A stretch of DNA of 64,000 nt, from NCBI RefSeq assembly GCF_018977255.1, contig NW_024704742.1, positions 12,650,001 to 12,714,000 of the forward strand. Reading direction: 5' to 3'. The notes under the pieces were generated by a model that ran no database searches, was not told where the DNA came from, and saw only the letters and a program-made list of their open reading frames with translations. The translations under genes were made by a program, and so were the position numbers. How positions within the stretch are numbered: the first letter of the stretch is position 1; each line of letters opens with the position of its first letter. Below are positions 24,468 to 37,911 of the stretch, piece by piece. This DNA is from Callorhinchus milii. Lineage: Eukaryota.

Positions 24468-26930
24468 AACAACAACAAAATTACATTTGTATAGCACCTT
24501 TCACGTCGGGAGGACATTCCAATGTGCTGGACGATCAATGTTTCGGACCCGAGCTGGGGATTGGGGAGGGTTGGAGGCCAGGTGAGGAGGAAGGTGACCA
24601 AAGGCACGGTTGAAGAGGATGGTCTTGAAGAAGGCAAAGGAAGTGGGGCGAGGTGAAGGGCCTCCAGAGAGTGGGGACAGAGTAGCTGAAGGCCCACCTG
24701 CCAATGATGGAACGGGCGAGGCAGGGGAACGTGAAGCAGGCTGGAGCCCACTGAGCGGATGGAGCGAGTAGGTTGGTAGGGAGTTAGGAGGTCACAGAGG
24801 TAGGGCGGAGCAAGACCATGGACTTTGAAGGTGAGGACCAGGATCTTGAACTGTAACCTCTGTGTGATCGGAAGCCAGTGGAGTCAGGCGAGGATGGGGG
24901 TGATAGGGTTGAAGACCCTGGTGTGGGAGAAGACGCGGGCTGCAGAGGTTGGATGGTCTGTAGCTTATGGAGGGAGGAGTTGGGGAGGCCGACAAAAAGG
25001 GAGTTTGGGTAGTCAAGCCTGGATGTTGTGAATGCATGTATGAGGGTCTCGGCAGCCTGTGGTGTGAGACAGTGGCAGAGCCGGGCGATGTTGTGGAGGT
25101 GGGGAAAGGCAGAGCGGGTCATGGATATGGGGTAGAAAGGATAGTTTAGGGTCAAACAAGACGTCAAGGTTCCAGACTGGCTCAGTGAGATGCATTGTGC
25201 ATCCTTGGATGGTGATGCTGTCAGTGCCTGAGGTGTGGAGGTGCGGACGGGAGCCAATCAGGAGAGCCTCAATCTTGTTGACGTTCAACTGTAGAAAGTT
25301 AGCTCTCATCAAGGACTTGACATCTGACAGACATTCTGTTAGGACAGCAGTGATCCTGGAGTCGAGGGTGAAGGCAGAGTTGGGTGTCATCCACATACAT
25401 GTGAAAATTGACCCCATGTCTGCGGATGGTGTCACCAAGAGGGAGCATATAGATGTTGAAAAGGAGGGGACAAAGGACAGAGCCCTGAGGAACTAACTCC
25501 TCATGAGACCGTGCGGGGGCGAGAGGAGAATCTGTTTGTGGAGATGGAGTGGAGACGGTGTGATAAGTAGGATCTGAACCATTCAAGGGCAGAACCATGA
25601 AGGTTGAGGTAAGAGGAGAGGCGGTAGAGGAGAATAGAGTGCTCAACGTATCGAAGACAGCAGAGAGGTCAAGGAGGGCGAGGAGGCAGAGGAGCCCTGG
25701 TCGCAAATGGACAAAATGTTGTTTGTCACTTTGACCAAAGCTGTTTCTGTGCAGTGGGCCACACAAAGCCCAATTGGAAGGGTTCATGAAGGGGGTAGCG
25801 GGAGAGGAAGGTGCGAAGCTGGGAAGCAATGACTCATTCCAAGACCTTGGAAAGGAAAGGGAGGTTGGAGATGGGGCAGTAGTTTGAGAGCAGGAATGGG
25901 TCCAGGGAAGGTTTTTTAAGGATAGGAGTGAAGACGGCTGTTTTTAAAGGGCTGGGAACGTTACCAGTGGACAGGGAGAGGTTTATGATTGTCGGTGAAC
26001 AGAAGGGCAAGGAGGTGGAACTAGGAGGTAAGGAGAGGGGTAGGGATGGGGTCGAGGGAGTGGGGGGTTGGCTTCATGTGGTTTATGGTGGTGGTGAGCG
26101 AGGTAGGTGTGGAAGGAGGGATGGGAACGGGCCAGGGTGTTAAGGGGAGATGGGGAAGGGGTAGTAGACGGGAGGACAGAGGCAGGGTTGTCCTTGGCCT
26201 CCAAGATTGTCTTGGGAGTAGAAGGACGATTTAGCAGAGCCAAGGGCGGAGCGATAAGATTTGATAAGGTCCAGCCAAATCTGCCGATGGACTGTTAAGT
26301 TGGATTTGAGCCAAGTACTTTCAGCGGCCCACACCTGAGCCTAACGGAGCAGAGGTGGCTGGTGCACCAGGGTGACTTCTGTGAGTAGTGACGGGAGAAA
26401 GGGCATCAAGAGTGGTGGAGAGGGAGTTGTGGAGGACAGTGACCGAGGAAGATAGGTCATTGTCCACAAATATATGGTCAATTCACTTTACAGTATTTTC
26501 TGTGAAGCGCTTTGAGACGTCTAGAAGATATGAAACGCGCTGTATCAAATGCAAGGATTATTATTATTATTGCTGGAGGAAGAGAGGAAAAGTCAGAGGA
26601 GATAGAGCAGGAGGGAGTGAAGTGCAGGATGAAATCGCCTAGGTTGAGGAGGTGTTCAGAGCAGAGGGAGAGGGAAAATAGGAGGGTGAAAATGTCGGAG
26701 AGGAAGGTGGGGAAGGGTTTGGAAGACGATAAACAAGGAGGATTTTGAGGGAAAGGTTGGAGGGATGGTAGAGAGTAAGCTCAAAGGAGGAAAGTTCGGG
26801 AGGAGTAAGTGGATAGTCCGAGTGGGAACCGGGAGATGAGAGCCACACCACCACCACGGCAATTAGGTCGTGGAGTATGGTGGATGGGTGGTGTGGCCTC
26901 AGTCAGGGGGAAGGTGTCACCTGGTGTCAC
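24468..26930 (-). mobile_element. L2 LINE, decayed, in SLC25A31 intron 1 (SINE 3' half inserted at ~26462-26571)
   Basis: (CAA)n tail at 24468. Minus-strand [24 protein letters not shown] and GDF motifs. Confidence 0.9.
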
Positions 26931-29229
26931 CTTAAAGCCACGATAAAGATGGAACTATAAAGATACCGCTTCCAAGATGTTATTGCTCACTGAGGGTGTG
27001 ATGAATTGATGTTTTAATTCTTCTGCCACCACATTTATCAGTCGTCTTTATACTTGTTGACTTTTTTTGGCTTCAATTTTGATGTTTGGTACCAGTTACT
27101 ATCATGGCCTCCAAGTTGGGATTCAAACATTGGGTAATGTAATAATGTAATTTGTAATTTGTAATCTGTTGTTGTGCAATGTGGAGGGGGCACTCGTTAT
27201 TGATGATGAGAAATGCTTCCAGTACTTGTCCAACAGTAATATGAATGTTTGCTCAATATGTCTCAGGCAAAATGGGTATTGCTGCAGGCATGCTCCAAGC
27301 AAAGTTACAAGAGATAATTCTCTGAATATCCTGCTCCCATCATGTTAGTGCTGCCTACAAATGCTTTGGTAACCATGGACTTAATTCCAGATAGCTTGGA
27401 ACTATTCAGACTCCCTTCCTCCAGCTTGTCTCTGGTGCTGAATGCTAAAACTGGGAAGATGTTAAGTAAGTGAGCTCCAGTGAGATCCAGAAGCAGATGT
27501 CTTCAGCTCATGGAATGCAAGTTGAAAAATTGTATTCAAGCAGAGTTGGGGAAGATGGCAAGGAGGGCATCTTTGAAGTTACCCAGGGACACAATGATTT
27601 CTTGCCTAAACTTTTCAAAGAAATGCTGACCAAAGCAAATGTCTTGGTGGGATTGTTTATGCAGATATGTTTACCTATGTAACTGTTACTATTTAAAGTA
27701 ACTCATGTGACATGCTTTGACACAATTTGTTGTAATAAGTTGCTTTATCGAATGAATATATTTTAGTTATGGTGGACCAACAAAAATGTGTGCTGTGGCT
27801 ACATGTTTGGCCAATGTGCAAATGTTTCTCTTCGTGCATGAATTTATTTGCATGTGTTTCCAGGTAATTGGTGTTAACTTGTATAGATTTTTCAGATTGG
27901 CCATAATATGTTTTTTGTACAGCCTAGGCATTATTCTTTTTATGTGTTATGTAGAGAAATGTACTTGCACAGAGTTGTTGGGATGTGAAATACCGTGGGT
28001 GTGGTGGTCAAGGTAAGATCCATATTACCTTATAGTGGGAACTAGATAGATATCTAAGAGGAATAATCTACAGGGATATGGGGAAAGGTATGCAAATGGG
28101 AATGAATAGATTGCTTTTTTTTATAAAGAGACCAATTGGAATTGGTCATTCACTTCATAGCTGTTTGTGGGACTTTGCTTGTGCTCAAGTTGGCTTCCAT
28201 GCTTGCCTACAAAATATCAAGCATCATACTTAACAGGGAAACCTGCAAAGTGCTTTGAAATGTCCTCCCAACATGAAAGGTGCTATATCAACTATAGGAA
28301 TTATTATATGCAAGACTTTGCATTCATATGTATTGAACTTAATTTACCAGACCATGTGAATAGTATATCAAGCTCTCTTTATAAAATCTTTTATGATTCC
28401 AGATTTACCTCTCCCCCTAAAAACGTGGTGTCACCTGCAAATTTAACGATCTTGCATTGAGTTTGCAAATCTAGGTCATTGATCTGGTAAAAGGAACAAG
28501 AGGCGTCCCTAAACACTTCCCTCAGACACCCCACTTAATATTTCTCATCAATCTGACCTAACTACAGACCCTTGTTTCCTTCCCTTCATCCAATTTCAAA
28601 TGAATGTGCATGTCTTACTCCAAAAACCATGTGACATCAGTTTTTGAAGGAGCCTCTCAACCTTTCAATTGATAGTTTGTCAAACACCTTCTAGAGTATG
28701 GCTTCCTGCATTCAATTTGGAATGTTACCTTAAAACAAGTCTGAGGTTTGTTGGATAAGACCAAGCCTGATCATGGTTACGTGAGGTTCAGTACAGATAA
28801 ATGCAGAGAACTACATGTCAGAAGTAAAAAACAATGGACATTTGTACTTCATGAATAGTGTAAAATGTTTTATGGGGGAATCTGAAAGGGATCTGCGGTG
28901 GTGGTTGCTTTGCCACCCTCCATGTATGAACAGTATGAGTCAGCAAAAAAAGGTAAAAGGCATGGTTGCTGGGCTGAGGGTGATGGAATGCTATTCTCTG
29001 ATATAAAAAAATGCATTACAATACAATTTCAACTCAAGTCCAGTAGAATACATTGAATGGAAAGTATTCCCGTGGACTATTCTTTCACGTACTGTTTAGT
29101 TCCCCAAAATTATTAGTTTTCAGCAATAGCCTGGGGAATCTGTGATAATGTATATTATACTGTACAAAGATCTTTTGAGCATTACTTCTTATAGTTTTAA
29201 AAACTGACAGAAAAATCTTTTCTATTTAG

Positions 29230-29357
29230 GTTTTCTCAGCTTTTGGCGTGGAAACTTAGCGAATGTGATTAGATATTTCCCAACTCAGGCTCTCAACTTT
29301 GCTTTCAAAGACAAATACAAGCAAATATTTATGTCAGGAATTGACAAGAAAACACAG
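29230..29357 (+). CDS. SLC25A31: ANT4 exon 2 (128 nt)
   Basis: tttag|gt...cag|gtatgg. [42 protein letters not shown]. Confidence 0.96.
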
Positions 29358-30060
29358 GTATGGTTAGATAGTACAGTATAAGTTTGTATACCTCAAAATA
29401 ATTTGCAGCACTCTCCCTGTGAGTCAGAAGAACAGCAAGTTCAAGCGCACTAGAGGACTATTCAAAAAGAGAAGGGAATTTCTCTCAGCTTTCTGACAAA
29501 CAATTCCACCTCCCATACACACATACAAATTGGTCATTTTATCCATAATCATGCCCTGCTTCCTGAACTTCCAGGTCTTCCCAATACAGGCTGCAACCTT
29601 TCCAGAACTCTGCAGATTGTATCCTCTCCCACACCTAGCTCTGTGAGTCTACCACCTCCATCCTCGCTCAGCTCATCTGGGTCCTCATCCCTCAACAGAT
29701 TAGATTCAAGATCTTCATTCTCGCCTTTTATTCCCTCAGCTACCTCCTCCCAACCTACCTCTGCAACTTCCTACCGACCTCGCTGCTCCCTTTGCAAGTC
29801 CCTCCAACTTGCTCCCTCCCACTCTTCACCAAGGAGCAACTCACAATGTACCCCTTTTCAGTCTCTTTCCCTTCCCTACCCCCTCGAGATTGGGGTTAAC
29901 TAAACTGACATGATTGCTGCTACACAAATTAAATTTCCCCAATTTTCAAATGGAGGGAGAGGGAGGATGTTAATCTCTGTTTTGACCGGACTGTTAATTG
30001 TGCTGGTACAATTCTGTTAGTTCCTTTTTAAGGAGAAGGAATAGTGTATAATGCCTGAAT

Positions 30061-30490
30061 GTCAGCCTGGCACAGTGGTAGTACTCTCACCTCTGAGTCA
30101 GAAGCTTGTGGGTTCATTTTGGGATTTGGAATTACAGCATTTAAGTTGACACTCTAATGCAGTGAGGTGCGGGGGGGGGGGGATTGTGTTGTCGGAGGTG
30201 CCGTCCTTCAATTGAGATGTTAAACCGAAGTCCCATCTACCTGTTCAGGTGGATGTTAAAGATCCCATGTCACTATTTGAAAAGAGAATGGAGTTTTTCC
30301 TGGCCAACAATTCCTCAAATAAAATTGGTCACTCCGTGGTTGTTTGTGGGACATTGCTGTGCGAAACTGGCTGCAGCGTTTCAACCACAAAATACACAGT
30401 ATGCAGTATGCACACTTTGCAGTATCCTGTGGAGTGCTTTGAGATGTCAAGACGACGAGATAAGGTGCAATACCAAATGCAATGATTATT
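30061..30490 (+). mobile_element. Older Deu-domain SINE (SacSINE/AmnSINE-like)
   Basis: Different tRNA-like head (gtcagcctggcacagtggtagtactctcacctctgagtcagaag), Deu core (ggtgccgtccttcaattgagatgttaaaccgaag...caggtggatgttaaagatcccatg) and L2-like tail. Relatives at ~9060-9440, 16150-16565(-), 42840-43148(-), 47390-47700, 48570-48920 and 60400-60670. Confidence 0.8.
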
Positions 30491-31894
30491 AATTTTATTG
30501 TTAAATAAACAAAATGATAATTTTAAATTGTTTTACAAACTGTTTATAAAGTTATCCTTCTTCCAAAATGTCCCTACTCATTAGTAGCGGCATAGGAAAT
30601 TTAGCTTAATTAATTTGAGATTACATGTGGGTAATGTGGGTAAAGCGGAGGAAAAGAAATCTATTGCACAGACCTTCTTCACTGCTTCAAAATCTCTTGC
30701 TATTTTGCTGTTTACAGGCTCCAGCGTAGATTTATGAAGGAGGAAACTGTATACACCTAAGAGGATTAGTTAGACTCAATGGCCTGTTTCCGTACCATTT
30801 TATTCTATGTAACTTTTTCCGAGAACAGCAGTTTACTTGATTTGTCTACTTGATCGTGTTCAAAATCTAAGTTGTTAAAAATCACAGTTTTTTTTTAAGG
30901 AGGCCCTCTGCAATCAGGTATAACAACTTACAGCGCCCTTCACGGAATAGTGCTCGGAGTGCTTAACAGTGGCAGAACTTGATGCCAAGCCAGGGAAAGG
31001 GGGCAGTTGGCTAAGGGGAAAGAGGGCATTAAACCAGAGTTTACATGGAAAATATATGCAGCAAATAATAAATTGAGCAAGTATGAGATAAAAAGTAGCA
31101 TATAATTATTGAGGAATAATTAACTGCTTAATTTAGTTAATTTAATTTCTTAATCTATACCCAGTGCAATTTCATGCTAGAACAGAGTCTATGTATATTA
31201 CTTTTTACAGAAATATAAACTCCTAATCAAAGCTTGAGTGAAAATCTCTAGAGAAGAAAAATCTAAGTGTGTTTCCAACATAACTTTCAATGTAAAATCA
31301 ATGTTTCAATGTGAAGTCTGCAGCTGTTTGAAAGGGAGTGGAATATTTGCTTTGCTTTCATACTGCTTATCATTTATTACCTATAGCTTTGTTGAATTTA
31401 TTTTGAAAATAAATGTAATACTTTGCTTTCATCTAAACTTGTGGTCTAAATTGTAATTTCTGTTCAAACAGTTTGTGGTACTTGACCAAGTAAAATTCAG
31501 TATGAATAACATGAAAGCACATATCTCAAACAGTGTTAAATACAGGTTTCATGTTTCCTGGGGATATGGATTCTTACAGAAACTATTGCTAGTCTGCCAC
31601 AAAAAAGTAGACAATAATGAAAAGGGCCAATATTGTAACAGAATTGTATTGTATTCTATAAAACAGTTGATTGTAATTGTACAGGTAGCTACTTCTTGAA
31701 TCAACTTGAATGAAGTTCTCCTCCATCTCTGTCCCATCAACAGCATAGATGTTTGGAGCTGTTAACTTGCTTTGACCATCATTATGGTCTTAATTTGAAA
31801 ATAATAAATTATTTAACTGTGCTCCAACCTGCTCTTGAGTTTAAATCTTAGAGATTCACCTCCAGTTTTTATAACAATATGCTTCCTTATTCTA

Positions 31895-32008
31895 TATAGA
31901 GAATGAGTGAATAAGAGAGAATGAATGAGAGAGAATGAAGCAATGAATGAATGAATGAATGAGAAAGAGAGAGAGTAAATGAATGAACGAGAATGAGAGA
32001 GAGAGAAG
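31895..32008. repeat. (GAAT)n/(GA)n compound microsatellite
   Basis: Directly visible. A (TTCA)n tract also occurs at ~43395-43445. Confidence 0.85.
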
Positions 32009-32733
32009 TAAATTAGCTGCTGCATTTGCCTACATCATGGACACTTTATTTCCAAATCGTAGGTAATTTTTCTCAATCTTTGAAATGCAGCCTGGATCTT
32101 TTTCTCTTCCTTAGCCCATGAGGGCCATGATATCGCCATAATGGCTGCTTCAGGTTATATCAGTGAACTGGTAAAAGCTTGACCCAATGAATAGTGTCTT
32201 TATTTCTCCATCTTCAAAAATGCTGCATGATTTTACTGAGAGGTGGATAAATAATGCTATAATCCACTTTACCACAGTTCGGTCACAATACTAGAAGTGC
32301 ACTCTACACCGTTCTTTATGGAAGTAATGCAGTTGTTGAGAAAATATACATACACACTGTACACTTCTGTCAGAAGTATCTTTATTTTTTCAATATGATC
32401 AACAGTAAAACTTGAAGTCTCCTACCCCCGCCTCCCCCCAGCTCGAAGTCAGGCTCCGCCACTATTAAGCACTCTGAGAAGCTGCCCTGTATGGAGGGCG
32501 CTGTATAAGTGCGAGTTGTTGTTGAAGTCAAACTTGTAGCATCACTGAGCAATTTAAAATCTGAAGTGGTATATAAAAATGAAGGATGCATCACACCAGA
32601 AGTTTTGAATGAAAGAAGAGTAATTGCCTTTGTCTGTGACTGAGATGATCAACAAGTAATTGCTGCTAGAATTGTTGAAGTCGAATTCAAATGTTAACTC
32701 ACCTGTATCAACATAATCTTTTCTTTGTTTCAG

Positions 32734-32851
32734 TTTGGAAAATGGTTTCTAGCAAATTTAGCTTCAGGAGGAGCTGCAGGTGCAACTTCCCTATGTTTTG
32801 TATATCCCTTGGACTTTGCACGAACACGTTTAGCTGCTGATGTCGGCAAAG
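32734..32851 (+). CDS. SLC25A31: ANT4 exon 3 (118 nt)
   Basis: tttcag|ttt...g|gtagga. [39 protein letters not shown](G). Confidence 0.96.
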
Positions 32852-33089
32852 GTAGGAGCTTTGGCACTTTGCTTCTGCTTTGCTTATATTTTTAACCCTC
32901 CAAAGAAAGTTAATGTTTTTAGGTAAGCTGCAAATGGCTAATGAGTGGTATGGGCAGGTGAAACAGATGAAGTGTAAAGGATTCCAGGAGGCTGCTTATG
33001 CATAATGTACCAAATAACCTTCTTTTCTGAAATGTCTCTAGATTCCAATTCATCTGACTTGTCGTAATACATCTTTCCTGTGTTCTTAT

Positions 33090-36000
33090 AGGCACTATCC
33101 TTTCTACCCCACATCTGCGCCATGACCCGCTCTGCCTTCCCCCATCTCCGCAAGGTCGCCCAGCTCTCACACTGCAGGCCACCGAAACCCTCATACACGC
33201 CTTCATTACATCGAGGCTCGACTATGCAAACTCATTGCTTGTCGGCCTCCCCAACTCTTCTCTGCACAGGCTGCAGATCATCCAGAACTCTGCAGCCCGT
33301 GTCCTCTCCCGCATGAGGCTCCACGACCCTATCAGCCCCATCCTTGCCCAACTCCACTGGCTTCCCATCACACAGGGGATACAGTTTAAGATCCTGGTCC
33401 TCACCTTCGAAGTCCTCCATGGTCTTGCTCCCCCCTACCTCTCCGACCTCCTAACCCCCTACCACTCTGTTCGCTCCCTCCGCTCAGGGGGCTCCAGCCT
33501 GCTTCACGTCCCCCGCATTGCTTGCCCCACTATTGGCAGGTGGGCCTTCCGCCACTCTGCACCCACCCTCTGGAACTCCGACTCGACCCCTCCCTCGCCA
33601 CCTCAAGACCCACCTCAAGACCCTCCTTTTCGACCGTGCTTTTGATCTCAATGCTTCCCCCCCGGACCACCACTTCATCTCCCTCAACACCTCCGTACTC
33701 CTTTCCCTTTCTCTGGAGTCATCTGAACTCCTACACCTCTCTCCCTCCCTGACCCATCTCGCCTCCTCACTCTCTTTTCTCCACAACTCCCTCTCCTCCA
33801 TTCTGGAATTCCTTGCACCCTCACATCCCGAAATACTTCACACTCCCGTAAATTCCCCTGGTACACCAGCCATCTCCGTTCCCTCAAGACACAAGTGCGA
33901 GCTGCCGAACTCACCTGGACCAATCCAAATTAACCATCCATCAGCAGATTTGGCTTCATCATACCAAGACCTACCGCTGCGCTCTTGCCTCCGCCAAATC
34001 CTCCTTCTACTCCAAGGTTATCTTGGAGGCAAAGGAACACCCTCAGGCTTCTCTTTTCCACCACAAACCATCTCCTCCATCCACCTTCGCACACCTCGCC
34101 CATCCTCTCCTCCAACTCCAACTGTGAGGAGATGCTGGACTTCCTTGAATCCAAAATCGAGGGGATACATTCAGCCACCTCAGCCCCGTCCACAGCCACC
34201 CCCACATCACCTCTCCCTCATGACCCAACCCCTCACCATCCCCCTCCCGTACTCCTTCAAACCTATCTCTCCCTCCTCCCTCAACGCCATCATTCCAAAC
34301 TCAAACCCACCACCTGCTCCCTCGATCCCATCCCCACCTCTCTCATCCCCCAGCTCCACCTTCTGGCCCCTCTCTTGTCTGACGTCATCAACCTCTCCCT
34401 GTTCACCGGTTCAGTTCCCACCCTCCTAAAAACAGCTGTCATCACTCCCATCCTGACAAAACCTTCCCTGGATCCATCCCTCCTCTCCAGCTACCGCCCG
34501 ATCTCTAACCTCCCATTCCTCTCCAAGGTCCTAGAATGAGTCGTCGCATCCCAGCTCCACACTTTTCTTTCTCACCATTCCCTCTTTGAAACCCTCCAAT
34601 CCGGCTTCCGCTCTGCTCACAGCACGGAAACAGCCCTGGTCAAAGTCACTAATGACATTCTGAACATCTGTGATCAGGACTCCCTCTGCCTCCTTGTCCT
34701 CGACCTCATTGCCGCCTTCGTCACTGTCGACCACTCCATCCTCATACACCGCCTCTCCTCCTTACTTAATCTTCACGGACCTGCCCTTGCCTGGTTCGAT
34801 TCCTATCTCTCTCACCGTCTCCACTTTGTTGCCTCTAACGGTTTCTCCTTCATTCCCCGCACTGTCACGTCCGGCGTCCCCCAGGGCTCTGTCTTGGTGA
34901 CATCATCCGCAGACATGGGGTCAGCTTCCCTATGTATGTGGATGACACCCAACTCTATCGTTCGGCCTCCACCCTCAACTCCAGGACCACTGCTGTCCTG
35001 ACAGACTGTCTGTCGGACATCAAGTCCTGGATGAGGGCAAATTTCCTACAGTTGAATGTGAACAAGACTGAGGCCCTCCTGATTGGCTCACGCCAGCGCC
35101 TCAAGCACCTCAGGCTCTGGCAGCATCAACCTCCATGGTGGCACACTTCAGCTCACCAAGCCAGTCAGGAACCTCGGTGTCTTGTTCGACCCTCAACTGT
35201 CTTTTCTTCCCCACATCCAAACCATGACCCGCTCTGCCTTCCCTCACCTCTGTAACATTGTGAAATTGGGTTCAAACTTTTGTCAGAAACCACACCAAGG
35301 ATATTATTAAAACGTTTTATTAGCAATTATAAAACCACACAAGCATAAGCATCACATTACACTAAATGCATTATCATTGCTCATCGCTCTTAAATGACTA
35401 CTAAAGCACTATCTTAGCAAGATATACTCAATACTAAAATTCTAAACATATATAAAAAAATGTGTTATATGAAATGTGCTTAAATAATTTCTTACTGTTT
35501 TGTATGTATGTTGAGTGCGTGTTTTAGTAACTAGGAGAGATACTACCAAGCAGGCAGGAAATCGTGACGAAGTTTTAAGGCTGGCACAAAAGTTAAACAC
35601 TATCTCTGGTGTGTTGCTGGCTGCAAACGTCTCTGGTGTGCTGCTGGCTACAAACGTCTCTTGGTGGTTCACTCCGGCAAAGGCTAAACTTGTCCTCTTT
35701 GCGGTCCACTCCATCGAGAGCTGGACTTGTCTTCTTTCCCTCTCCGTAGAGGTTTGTTCCTTCCTCTCTTCAGAGAATCTCCAAAGGCTCTTCTCGAGGC
35801 TCTTCCAAGTCTCCTCTCGAGGCTCTTCCCGAGGCTCTTCTCTCCAGGTTTTTTTTCAAACTAGTATTGGCTATCGATTTTTATACCCCTTTTCACCAGC
35901 CATCCGTGTTCTAACTCTTTTTCCTAAGACTTCTTTCTCACACTCTGCACTTTTCCCAGGCATTTTTTCCCTACTTCAAGTTGTTTCTCCTTGTACCAGC

Positions 36001-37120
36001 TAGTAATATCTTCTGCAAAATAATAATACTCCTCCTATTCCATCTTATCCAGCCTGACCAAACCACCTGACTCCATGTCCCTGAAGTTTCAGTCCTTCTT
36101 TCTAACTCTGTCCATGTGACCTGCTCACTTTAAGCTTTTTCTCAGTTTTAATTACTAGTTTGTATCCCAACCATTCTCCTGGTCCAATTATCCTTATATT
36201 CCCTTGCCATGGGTCACATTCTAGTGTACTCCTAGTTCAGTGCCTCTTTACTAGGACTGTGTGTGTGTGTCACTTTGCAGTTTTATTTCTTTAATTCATT
36301 CTACTTAATTCATCTATTCACTACTTGATCAATACTAGTGATTCTTATACTATAATCCCAACTATTTACACATCGCCGGACTCCGCCACTACCTCCCACT
36401 TCAGGCCACTGAAACTCTTGTTCATCACCTCCAGGCTCGACTATGCAAACGCCCGTCGGTCTTCTAAGCTCCTCGATCCACAGGCTGTAGATAATCCAGA
36501 AAAGGCTGTAGATAATCCAGAAGTCTGCAGCTCGTGTCCTCTCCCGCACCAAACTCCGTGACCCCATTGCCCCCATTCTCACCTGATTCCATTGGCTCCC
36601 TATCCCTATCTAGTTCAAGATCCTGGTCCTCACCTACAAAGCCCTCCATCGCCTCGCCCCACCCTACCTCTGTGACCTCCTAACCCCCTACCAACCCGCC
36701 TGATCCCTCCGCTCAGCCGGCTCCGGCCTGCTCCACGTCCCCTGACCCACCCACCCCACCATTAGGGGGGAAAAGCCGTCAGCCACTCTGCCCCCAACCT
36801 CTGGAATTCCATCCCCCAGTCACTCCTCCTCATGCCCTCCTTAGCCTCCTTCAAGTCCCGTCTCAAGACCCTTCTCTTCGACCATGCCATCGGTCACACC
36901 CCTTCCCCTCCCCCTCCCTGACCCCTGCTTGGGTCGGAAATGCTGTGCACTGTCCAGCGCCTTGGGACGTCCTCCCAACATGAAACGCACTATACCAATG
37001 TCATCTTGTTGTTGCCCTCCCCCACCCTCAGCTTGGGTTCGTAACTCTCTGTCCAGCGCCTTGGGATGTCCTCCCGACATGAAATGAGCTATACAAGTGT
37101 TATTTTGTTGTTATTGTTGT
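33090..37120 (+). mobile_element. Stacked L2 LINE pieces in SLC25A31 intron 3, interrupted by a solo LTR
   Basis: An L2 3' piece (33090-33645) is followed by an EN/RT piece ([22 protein letters not shown]) to 35258. It resumes at 36371 and ends with two tandem L2 tails (~36950-37010 and ~37050-37120). Confidence 0.88.
35259..36370 (-). mobile_element. Solo LTR (ERV/Gypsy-like)
   Basis: TG...CA ends with imperfect inverted termini (tgtgaaattggg / cccaactatttaca). Splits an L2 with a 'cat' duplication. Minus-strand TATAAAA at 35879-35885 and AATAAA at 35316-35321. Confidence 0.75.
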
Positions 37121-37911
37121 TGGAGGAGCAGACCAGGGGGGAATTCTTCCACTTGACTCTGTTAATTACAAGCCAAAGCCCTAACTGATAAGTTGGTCCG
37201 AGCTTGAGAAGTAGTGGTAGTCTAAGCAGTTTTAGCAGCTTAAACTCCCATCAAGATCCAATGCACACTGAAGTACCCAGCTGTGGAACTTGTCAACTCG
37301 CCTAAACCCTCTAGGATTACATAAGAAGGATACATTAGGTATTAGGTCCACTGCTCTTTTTGATATACATAAAAGATTTAGACTTGGGTATAGAGAGCAA
37401 AATTTTAAAGTTTGCAGATGACCCAAAACTTGGGAACGTAGTAAACATTTGAGGAGGATGGTAGCAGACTGCAGGAGGACAAAGACAGATTGGTGAAATG
37501 GCAGACACATGGCAGATAAAGTTTAATGCAGAGAAGTGTGACTTTTGGAAAGAAGAATGAGGAGAGGTAATATACACTAAAGTAGAACAGTTTTAAAGGG
37601 GATTCGGGAGCAAAAAGACCCGAGGGTTCACATATACAGGTCTTTGAAGTTGGCAAGACAGGTTGATGGAGCTGTTAAAAAAGCATATGGGATCCTTGAC
37701 TTCATAAATAGAGGCATAAAGTACAAAAGCAAGGAAGTTCTGCTAAGTCACTGGTTAGACCTCAGATGGATTATTGTGTTCAATTTTGGTCACCACACTT
37801 TAGGAGGGATATCAAGGCCTTGGAGAGAGTGAAGAGATTTACCAGCATGGTACCAGGGATGAGTGACTTTAGTCATGTGGAGAGTCTAGAGAAGCCAGAA
37901 TTGTTCTCCTT

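Noticed and set aside
35515..36003. 162-aa ORF
   Set aside because: It lies within the solo LTR over short tandem repeats and has no recognisable domain.
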